Below are positions 36,921 to 43,187 of a stretch of 64,000 bases of DNA, one piece after another. The stretch is from Eubacteriales bacterium (GTDB lineage: Bacteria; Bacillota; Clostridia; Oscillospirales; CAG-272). The stretch covers positions 1,386 to 65,385 of the forward strand of contig JAZORU010000024.1 in assembly GCA_045656765.1 (NCBI GenBank). The letters run 5' to 3'. Numbering within the stretch: position 1 is the stretch's first letter; each line of letters starts with the position of its first letter. A program made the position numbers and the translations under genes. The notes under the pieces were generated by a model. That model was given only the letters and a program-made list of their open reading frames with translations. It was not told the origin of the DNA and ran no database searches.

Positions 36921-37727
36921 TTAGTAAACCCTATCCGTGCAGAACTCAACTCGCACGCGCGACGATGTGTCGATATGCGTATTTAGGATAAGTTCCCTTC
37001 CCTCTTTGCCCTCTCTGACGAAAGCAACGCACTCTTTTTTGTGTCCGTCAAAATACACGGTCACACCGTACTCGCCTTCGGGTGCACATAGGTATTTTTC
37101 ATTTATTTTAAAGGCAGTGCCGCCATCGCCCGATATATCAAAGCCACCGCCCGCGCCGTCAAAGCACAAAGCAAAACTCCGTCCGAGCAAAGAAGAAGCG
37201 TACATACACCGACCTTCTGCCACGGCATCACGCACGAGCGTTGAGCTGACAGGCACACCGTCCGCCGTAACGTCGTCAACTATACTAAGTCCCAGCCCAA
37301 ATTCACGGCAAAGCTCTCCGAGCACATCCACGTTACCTTTAGCGAAAGCGCCGAAGGTGTAGCTTCTCCCACACACGAGGTGCACCGCACCCGCACAGTC
37401 TACAAGTAGCTTTTCCACAAAATCACGCGCCGATATACCTGCTATCTCAGCCGTGAAATCGGGCTCTGTCAGAACATCAGCGCCGAGCGCTTGTATAAGT
37501 CTTGCCTTTTCGGTACTGTCGCATATAAGCGGCACCTTCTCTTTTGAAAAAGAGTTTTTCGGCGGCTCTCTGAAGCTCCATACCACAGAGGCAAGCTCCC
37601 TCTCACGTGCTATACGCACAGCCTCACCTATAACACGCGCGTGAGCTATATGCACTCCGTCAAAGCACCCGAGCGCAACGACTGCTTTTTTATTCAGTTT
37701 TTGGGCAGAGTCACGGATAATTTTCAT
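36921..37727 (-). CDS. FAD synthetase (FMN adenylyltransferase) domain protein with divergent riboflavin-kinase-like C-terminus
   Basis: ALGCFDGVHIAHARVIGEAVRIA N-terminal nucleotidyltransferase motif. 268 aa (shorter than typical RibF). I cannot find the PTAN-type kinase motif in the C-terminus. Confidence 0.65.
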   Translation of the reverse strand: MKIIRDSAQKLNKKAVVALGCFDGVHIAHARVIGEAVRIARERELASVVWSFREPPKNSFSKEKVPLICDSTEKARLIQALGADVLTEPDFTAEIAGISARDFVEKLLVDCAGAVHLVCGRSYTFGAFAKGNVDVLGELCREFGLGLSIVDDVTADGVPVSSTLVRDAVAEGRCMYASSLLGRSFALCFDGAGGGFDISGDGGTAFKINEKYLCAPEGEYGVTVYFDGHKKECVAFVREGKEGRELILNTHIDTSSRVRVEFCTDRVY

Positions 37728-37760
37728 ATAGACACTTCCTTTTTTCTGTTAACAGCAATT

Positions 37761-38594
37761 CTATCTTCTCAGTCCAATCATCTTGCAAATACCGAGTGCG
37801 GCTATGTCTGCCGCAACGATAGTAGCACCCGATGGTGTGCCGAAAATAATTGATACGGTCATACCGACAAGAGCGCAGCTGACGCCTATCACAGCCGAGC
37901 ATACCATTACCGAGCGAAAGCTCTTGAAAATATACATAGCTGAAATCGCGGGAAAGATTATAAGCGCGGAAACGAGAAGCGACCCGACAAGCCGCATAGA
38001 CACCGATATGACGACCGCCGTTACAACGGCTATCATCAAATTATACGCCCTCGCACGACCTCCCGAAGCCTGCATAAAGGACGAATCGAAGGTGAGCGCA
38101 AAAATCTTGTTATAAAACAAGAGGAACACGAGAAGAACGAGCACCGTCATAATTATGCTAACGATAAGATCACTCGTTTTCAGAGTAAGAATAGAAGAGG
38201 AGCCGAAAAGCGACGAGCAAACGTCACCTGCAATATTCGACGACGAGGGAAAAAGATTCAAAAGAATATATCCCACGGCAAGCGAGCCGACACTGAGCAT
38301 GGCAAGAGCGGCGTCACCGTTTATCTTCTTGTTCTCACCGATACCGAGAAGAATTACGGCGCATATTACCGTAACGGGCATAATAATCAGAAGGTCATCT
38401 GCCAGATTCAGCACGGTAGCAAGTGCCATTGCGCCAAACGCGACGTGGCTCAAGCCGTCTCCGAGGTAAGAATAGCGTTTTAGCACGAGCGTCACACCGA
38501 GAAGAGACGCGCAAAGCGCAACGAGCGCGCCTACGATAAGCGCGTATCTTACGTAGGGGTATGAAAAGTAGGAAATAAATTCGTTTATACTCAC
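37761..38594 (-). CDS. znuB: Metal (probably zinc) ABC transporter permease, ABC-3 family
   Basis: 277 aa polytopic. Operon with ZnuC/ZnuA-like genes and a Fur-family regulator. Confidence 0.75.
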   Translation of the reverse strand: MSINEFISYFSYPYVRYALIVGALVALCASLLGVTLVLKRYSYLGDGLSHVAFGAMALATVLNLADDLLIIMPVTVICAVILLGIGENKKINGDAALAMLSVGSLAVGYILLNLFPSSSNIAGDVCSSLFGSSSILTLKTSDLIVSIIMTVLVLLVFLLFYNKIFALTFDSSFMQASGGRARAYNLMIAVVTAVVISVSMRLVGSLLVSALIIFPAISAMYIFKSFRSVMVCSAVIGVSCALVGMTVSIIFGTPSGATIVAADIAALGICKMIGLRR

Positions 38595-39391
38595 CTGTTT
38601 TCTCCCTTCGCTTCGTTATCTATCGCACAGTCCCCGTTTTTATGAAAATGCGAGTCTCCGCATCCACAGCCGCTCGTGTCCGCATCCCCGCCGTGCGCGT
38701 AAATAAAGGAAGAGCCGACCTCGCTGTGCCTGTATTCCTCAACCGTACCGAAAAAGTATCCGCCCGAGCCGAGATGAAGAACGTGAGTCGCGTAGGCAAG
38801 CACGGTGCAAATATCGTGCGAGACCATGATTACCGCCATACCGTCGTTTTCGTTTAGGCTCTTGACGGCGTTATACATTTCGTGCGTTGCGCGCACGTCA
38901 AGTCCCTGCACGGGCTCGTCGAGCAGCAGCAACTTTTTTGCGGCGCAAAGTGCTCTTGCGAGCAGTACCCTTTGCGTTTGTCCGCCCGAAAGCTCACGGA
39001 AGCACCTATGTGAAAGCTCCTCGATGCCTACCTTTTTCATATTTGCTTTAGCAAGTGCCTTGTGGCGAGAGCGGTAAAAAGGAAAAGCTCCCCTGTCCGC
39101 AATACAGCCGGATAGCACCACCTCATAGACAGAGGCGGGAAAGTCCTTTTGCGTATACGAGCTTTGCGGCAGATATCCTATATCACGGGGGCTCATACCC
39201 TCGCAAAGCTCAATTTTGCCGCCAAGCGTGGGAATAAGACCGAGCAGGGTTTTTACAAGCGTGCTTTTCCCCGCTCCGTTTTCTCCCGTTACCGCTATAT
39301 ACTCGCCCTCATTTACAGTAAAGCTGATGTTGTGAGCAATACATTTTTTATCATAACCGAGGCATACGCCCTCGCATTTTAAAAGTAACAT
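38591..39391 (-). CDS. znuC: Metal (probably zinc) ABC transporter ATP-binding protein with Cys/His-rich tail
   Basis: GENGAGKSTL Walker A, LSGGQTQRVLLARAL. C-terminal HGGDADTSGCGCGDSHFHKNGDC. Confidence 0.8.
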   Translation of the reverse strand: MLLLKCEGVCLGYDKKCIAHNISFTVNEGEYIAVTGENGAGKSTLVKTLLGLIPTLGGKIELCEGMSPRDIGYLPQSSYTQKDFPASVYEVVLSGCIADRGAFPFYRSRHKALAKANMKKVGIEELSHRCFRELSGGQTQRVLLARALCAAKKLLLLDEPVQGLDVRATHEMYNAVKSLNENDGMAVIMVSHDICTVLAYATHVLHLGSGGYFFGTVEEYRHSEVGSSFIYAHGGDADTSGCGCGDSHFHKNGDCAIDNEAKGENR

Positions 39392-39403
39392 TTTACTACG
39401 TCC

Positions 39404-40393
39404 TCATTTTGAAATTGCGGTTTTTATCACCGCAAGATTTTCACGCATAACCGAAAGATAGCTTACCCCCGCGTCAAGCTCACTCTTACCGAGTGACTGA
39501 AGCGAGTTTAGCGTAAGTATCTCTGTTCCCTTCGTCCTTGCGTTGTTTTTCACAGCTTCGGCAATACTGCCGTCCGAATCCTCGCATTTTATAATATATG
39601 AAAGCGAGTGCTCGTCTACCACACCGACAAGTCTCGCCATTACCTCGAAGCTTGCCTCGCTCTCGGCAGAGCAGCCCGAGAATGCCGCGTGTGCTTCAAT
39701 ACCGAGAGAATCAAAGAGATACTCAAACGGATGCCTGTCGGCGATAAGGACATGGCGCACCTCTGCCGTGTCCGCGGCTGCTTTGTATTCTGCTTCAAGA
39801 GCCGATAGCTCAAAGAGATACTCTGCGGCGTTGTTTTCGTACGCTTCCTTTTTGTCGGGATACCTTTCTCCAAGCGTGCGCGCTATCTCGGACACCGCCG
39901 TGCGCGTATGCTCAATCGAAAACCATATATGCTCGTCAAAATGATGCTCACCCTCGTGCGTATGCCCCTCGTGCGAGTGTCCATCACCCCCATCGTTGCA
40001 AAGCTCGTCTTCCATAGCTGAAAACAGGTCGAGACGAGTCAAGCTTTCATTTTGCGCGGCGTAAAGTACGTCCTCTACCCACGTGTCGCTCTCACCGCCT
40101 ATATGAATAAACACGTCACATCTCGAAAGAAGCGATATGTCAGCCACGGTCGGCTGATATGAATGAATGTCAGCCCCGTTTGCACCGAGAAGCTCAACAG
40201 AAAAGCTCTCGCAGTCATCGCCGAGCACGGCACGTGTCCAGTCGGCAAGCACGAAGGTCGTGCAGACTATCTTCGGTCGCTCGTCATGCTCTTTTCCTTC
40301 GCATGAGAAAAGAAAGCTTGAAAGACACACGCAAAGAATGCAAAGGAAGAGCGACGTGAGCCGTTTTAATAGTTTTTTCGTTTTGTTTTCCAT
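39404..40393 (-). CDS. znuA: Metal (probably zinc) ABC substrate-binding lipoprotein
   Basis: Lipobox LFSCEG. His-rich loop DGGDGHSHEGHTHEGEHHFDEH typical of ZnuA/AdcA-type proteins. Confidence 0.8.
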   Translation of the reverse strand: MENKTKKLLKRLTSLFLCILCVCLSSFLFSCEGKEHDERPKIVCTTFVLADWTRAVLGDDCESFSVELLGANGADIHSYQPTVADISLLSRCDVFIHIGGESDTWVEDVLYAAQNESLTRLDLFSAMEDELCNDGGDGHSHEGHTHEGEHHFDEHIWFSIEHTRTAVSEIARTLGERYPDKKEAYENNAAEYLFELSALEAEYKAAADTAEVRHVLIADRHPFEYLFDSLGIEAHAAFSGCSAESEASFEVMARLVGVVDEHSLSYIIKCEDSDGSIAEAVKNNARTKGTEILTLNSLQSLGKSELDAGVSYLSVMRENLAVIKTAISK

Positions 40394-40394
40394 A

Positions 40395-40826
40395 TTATTT
40401 CTCCGAACACTTGCCGCATTTGCCGAGCAGTATCGACTGCTCGCAGGAAATTGAAAAGCCGTGAGATTTTTTCGTATGCTCCTCTATCTCCGCCATAAAA
40501 CCGCAGTCAAGGTGCACGACCTCGCCGCACTCGGTACACCTGAGATGCAAGTGCCCTCTGCAGCTGCCGCCGTCCCCCGAATATTTGTAGGCTGTCTGCC
40601 CGCGCTCACCGTCGGTAAAGCGCAAAAGCTCCCCGTCAGCCGTCATCGCATCAAGATTACGGTAAACGGTCGTGAGGTTGATCGAAACTCCCCTCTCGGA
40701 AAGTATCTTATATATATCAGCCGCCGACAAAAGCTCCTGCTCACGTGCGCGAAACAGCTCTGCTATCTCTGCCTTCAGCTTCGTTTTGTATCCGTTTTTC
40801 ACTTGCGTCTCACCTCTTTGTATCAT
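40395..40826 (-). CDS. zur: Fur-family metalloregulator, probably Zur
   Basis: Winged-helix N-terminus. CTECGEVVHLDC and GKCGKC metal sites. First gene of the znu operon. Start placed at ATG 40826. Confidence 0.7.
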   Translation of the reverse strand: MIQRGETQVKNGYKTKLKAEIAELFRAREQELLSAADIYKILSERGVSINLTTVYRNLDAMTADGELLRFTDGERGQTAYKYSGDGGSCRGHLHLRCTECGEVVHLDCGFMAEIEEHTKKSHGFSISCEQSILLGKCGKCSEK

Positions 40827-40856
40827 CTTACCACACCGAAAGTACCCTGTCAATAC

Positions 40857-40879
40857 AATTTGCAAATAATTTGCAAATT
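40857..40879. promoter_or_regulatory. Tandem palindromic operator candidate (2 x ATTTGCAAAT)
   Basis: ATTTGCAAAT at 40858-40867 and 40869-40878, each a perfect 10-bp palindrome, 1 nt apart. ~30 nt upstream of the zur start in the divergent intergenic region. Confidence 0.45.
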
Positions 40880-40977
40880 CGAAAGTCTAAAATCAACCGT
40901 CGAAGCAAACCTTTGCTTTTATCACTTGGGGTAGTTTTTTCATATAATAAATAATAAAAAAACGGGCGAGGTAGGTT

Positions 40978-42009
40978 ATGGAAATAATAATGAATTCGGG
41001 AAAATCATCAACAGACGGCAAAGAAAGCCGACCCGGCGAACCGTGCACAAGCAAAGAGCTTCGTACCGAAAAAGAGAGTTCTTTTGCAGATATACTTGCC
41101 GACGGCTTTTCCGCTTGGCTTGACGCTCCCGTAGACTACGCGCGGCTATGCGGAATATGCGAGGCTATAGCCGACAGATATCCGCACGTCAGGCTCTCTT
41201 ATATAGGCAATTCCTTACTTTCGCGCAAGATTCCGATGCTCTCTGTCGGCGACGGTGAGAAAAGCGTGTTTTACATAGGCACGCACCACGCAAGCGAGTG
41301 GATATGCGCCCCGGTGCTCTTAAAATTCATCTACGAGGCGGCAGACTACGAACAAAAGGGCGGATACGTATACGGAAGCTCCCTCGGTTTTTTATGCCGT
41401 CAGCGCACCCTGCACGTTCTGCCGATGCTAAACGTCGACGGGGCTGAGCTTCAGATACACAATCAAGATGCACAAAATCCTCTGTGGGATAGACTCGTGC
41501 GCGCAAACGGCGGCGAGAATTTTTCTCATTGGCAGGCAAACGGCAAGGGGGTTGACCTAAATCACAACTACAATTACGGCTTTGCGCGGTATAAAATGCT
41601 TGAGCAAAGCATGGGAATAGTCGGCTGCTCACCCACACGCTTCAGCGGCGAGTATGCCGAGTCCGAGCCCGAGGTCGCCGCCGTGTGCAATTTTCTGCGG
41701 TATACCGCACCCGCGCTCGTGCTGTCCTTGCACACGCAAGGCGAGGTAATATACGCTCCAAACGCAGAGAAGATAAAACACGGCACGGAAATTGCAGACA
41801 GACTGTCGGCTATGACGGGATACAGGCGGGAAACCCCCTGTGCCGAAGCTTGCTACGGGGGACTGTGCGACTGGTATACCGACGAAATGCACCTTCCCGC
41901 CTACACGCTTGAATGCGGTATCGGGGAAAATCCCCTGCCGCTCTCGCAGGCACAAGGCATCTACGGCAGGATTCGTCAGGCTTTGTTCGTTTCCCCTATG
42001 CTTGTGTAA
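40978..42009 (+). CDS. M14-family zinc carboxypeptidase (gamma-D-glutamyl-diamino acid peptidase-like)
   Basis: 343 aa. YIGTHHASEW (zinc H-x-x-E), LHVLPMLNVDGAEL, DLNHNYN, SLHTQGEVIY. Confidence 0.8.
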   Translation: MEIIMNSGKSSTDGKESRPGEPCTSKELRTEKESSFADILADGFSAWLDAPVDYARLCGICEAIADRYPHVRLSYIGNSLLSRKIPMLSVGDGEKSVFYIGTHHASEWICAPVLLKFIYEAADYEQKGGYVYGSSLGFLCRQRTLHVLPMLNVDGAELQIHNQDAQNPLWDRLVRANGGENFSHWQANGKGVDLNHNYNYGFARYKMLEQSMGIVGCSPTRFSGEYAESEPEVAAVCNFLRYTAPALVLSLHTQGEVIYAPNAEKIKHGTEIADRLSAMTGYRRETPCAEACYGGLCDWYTDEMHLPAYTLECGIGENPLPLSQAQGIYGRIRQALFVSPMLV

Positions 42010-42035
42010 AAGAAGAAAAATTACATCTTAAAGAT

Positions 42036-42074
42036 AAACGGGGCCGTTTCGTAATGAAACAGCCCCGTTTTTTA
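42036..42074 (+). terminator. Intrinsic terminator after the M14 peptidase gene
   Basis: aaacggggc...gccccgttt stem with inner gtttc/gaaac pairing, then TTTTT. Confidence 0.7.
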
Positions 42075-42097
42075 CTTAATTATTTTTCATTTTCCTA

Positions 42098-42126
42098 TTG
42101 ACAACGGAAAAATATTGTTGTATAAT
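42098..42126 (+). promoter_or_regulatory. Consensus sigma-A promoter for tRNA-Gly (TTGACA-17-TATAAT)
   Basis: TTGACA 42098-42103, TATAAT 42121-42126. tRNA starts at 42146. Confidence 0.7.
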
Positions 42127-42145
42127 AATCAAGCGTCAAAAAACT

Positions 42146-42219
42146 GCGGATGTAGTTCAATGGTAGAATCCCAGCCTTCCAAGCTGGTCGTGCGGGTTCG
42201 ATTCCCGTCATCCGCTCCA
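42146..42219 (+). tRNA. tRNA-Gly (anticodon UCC), CCA encoded
   Basis: GCGGATGTAGTTCAATGGTAGAATCCCAGCCTTCCAAGCTGGTCGTGCGGGTTCGATTCCCGTCATCCGCTCCA. Acceptor GCGGATG/CATCCGC, anticodon loop CTTCCAA. Confidence 0.9.
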
Positions 42220-42227
42220 AAAACAAA

Positions 42228-42273
42228 GCCAAGTCGTAAGACTTGGCTTTGTTTTTGGAAATGAAGCACGCCC
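42228..42273 (+). repeat. Left copy of a perfect 46-bp direct repeat (contains the tRNA-Gly terminator hairpin)
   Basis: gccaagtcgtaagacttggctttgtttttggaaatgaagcacgccc, identical to 42829-42874. Confidence 0.9.
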
Positions 42274-42445
42274 TACGGCGTATGAAGCACCCTTCGGGCA
42301 TGAAGCAGGGCTTGCGCCCTATGAAGCGTGCCTTCGGCACACGAAAAAGCGTGCTTCGCTTCATGCGAGCGTATGCGAGTGCTTCGTGGCAACGCAGTTG
42401 CCGCTTCATGTTTGCGCATGCAAACGCTTCATTCAAAAAACAAAT
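42262..42445 (+). repeat. Array of ATGAAGCR words each attached to a short GC hairpin: 4 forward units, 3 inverted units
   Basis: Forward: ATGAAGCA-cgccctacggcg, ATGAAGCA-cccttcgggc, ATGAAGCA-gggcttgcgccc, ATGAAGCG-tgccttcggcac. Inverted: gcgtgctt-CGCTTCAT, ggcaacgcagttgc-CGCTTCAT, tttgcgcatgcaaa-CGCTTCAT. Confidence 0.8.
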
Positions 42446-42476
42446 TTTGAAAGACATACTAAAGGACGGTTTTATT

Positions 42477-42827
42477 ATGGTTAATGACAAGCTTTCTGAA
42501 CAATCTTTAGAGTTTGCTGTTCATATTATAAATCTCGTAAAACAGTTAAAAGAACAACGCGAAAGCATAATTTCTAACCAAATAGGCAGAAGCGGTACGA
42601 GTGTCGGTGCAAACATTCGCGAAGCAAAGTATGCTCACGGCACAGCTGATTTCGTTTCAAAATTGCAAATTTCACTTAAAGAAGCAAACGAAACAGGTTA
42701 TTGGCTCGAGCTACTCTATAAAACAAATTATATAAACGAGGAACAGTATAATTTTTTCGAATCAAAGTGCAAATCCTTAAGAGCTATGCTTGTATCTTCA
42801 ATCAATACAGCAAAGAAAAACACATAG
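42477..42827 (+). CDS. Four-helix-bundle protein (23S rRNA intervening-sequence protein / Avd family)
   Basis: MVNDKLSEQSLEFAVHIINLVKQLKEQRESIISNQIGRSGTSVGANIREAKYAHGTADFVSKLQISLKEANETGYWLELL matches the family signature (R-SxxSIxANIAEG, L-xA-GS--E---WL) as I recall it. ~116 aa is the usual size. Track start 42243 rejected. Confidence 0.8.
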   Translation: MVNDKLSEQSLEFAVHIINLVKQLKEQRESIISNQIGRSGTSVGANIREAKYAHGTADFVSKLQISLKEANETGYWLELLYKTNYINEEQYNFFESKCKSLRAMLVSSINTAKKNT

Positions 42828-42828
42828 T

Positions 42829-42874
42829 GCCAAGTCGTAAGACTTGGCTTTGTTTTTGGAAATGAAGCACGCCC
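42829..42874 (+). repeat. Right copy of the perfect 46-bp direct repeat
   Basis: Identical to 42228-42273, offset 601 bp. Begins 2 nt after the four-helix-bundle stop codon. Confidence 0.9.
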
Positions 42875-42919
42875 CAAGCAAAAATTCAGGAAAAATTTGG
42901 TTAATTTCTTCTAAACCTA

Positions 42920-42948
42920 TTGATTTTTTAAAATACAAGTGTTATAAT
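42920..42948 (+). promoter_or_regulatory. Promoter driving leader copy A (TTGATT-17-TGtTATAAT)
   Basis: TTGATT 42920-42925, 17-nt spacer, extended -10 TGTTATAAT ending 42948. Confidence 0.6.
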
Positions 42949-42954
42949 AACCTT

Positions 42955-43165
42955 GCCAAACAATCTGAATATTTATTTCTATAGGTATATTCTTTTTTTA
43001 AGGGGATACTATACCCTTTTGCGCGCAATCTTACATACTGATTTTGGAAAAAATGCAGCTCCCGTAAGATTGTGTAGTATACCTATACTTCTAACAGATT
43101 GTTTGGCGACAATTGGAGTCTGCGTTTTTCAGTGCGTTGACTTCGGTTGGCGCACTTTTTATTTT
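42955..43165 (+). ncRNA. Candidate structured cis-regulatory leader RNA, copy A (upstream of the AbrB-like gene)
   Basis: P1 42955-42967/43095-43107 (13 bp); P2 42980-42989/43078-43087 (10 bp); P2a 43000-43004/43014-43018; P3 43026-43034/43064-43072 (9 bp); pseudoknot 43048-43058/43120-43129; terminator 43131-43156 + TTTTTATTTT. Confidence 0.6.
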
Positions 43166-43187
43166 ATGGATTTATATGGAGGTAGTT

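Noticed and set aside
42095-42490. 131-aa minus-strand ORF
   Set aside because: It is antisense to tRNA-Gly and to the hairpin array, with no RBS. It is an artefact of palindromic sequence being open on both strands.
42243-42827. 194-aa version of the four-helix-bundle ORF starting at 42243
   Set aside because: The first 78 codons (MALFLEMKHALRRMKHPSGMKQGLRPMKR...) are just the in-frame reading of the ATGAAGCR hairpin array and the tRNA terminator. The family is normally ~115-125 aa. An internal ATG at 42477 gives exactly that.
42477-42827. Four-helix-bundle protein as the Avd component of a diversity-generating retroelement
   Set aside because: No reverse transcriptase, template/variable repeat pair or target gene is present within the window.
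42955-43107. Interpretation of the leader elements as MITEs, with P1 as terminal inverted repeats
   Set aside because: The two copies have different P1, P2 and P3 sequences that remain complementary. They share loops, a promoter, a terminator and orientation relative to a downstream RBS. I see no target-site duplications. A transposase-recognised TIR would be conserved in sequence rather than compensated. The idea is not fully excluded until genome-wide copies are examined.
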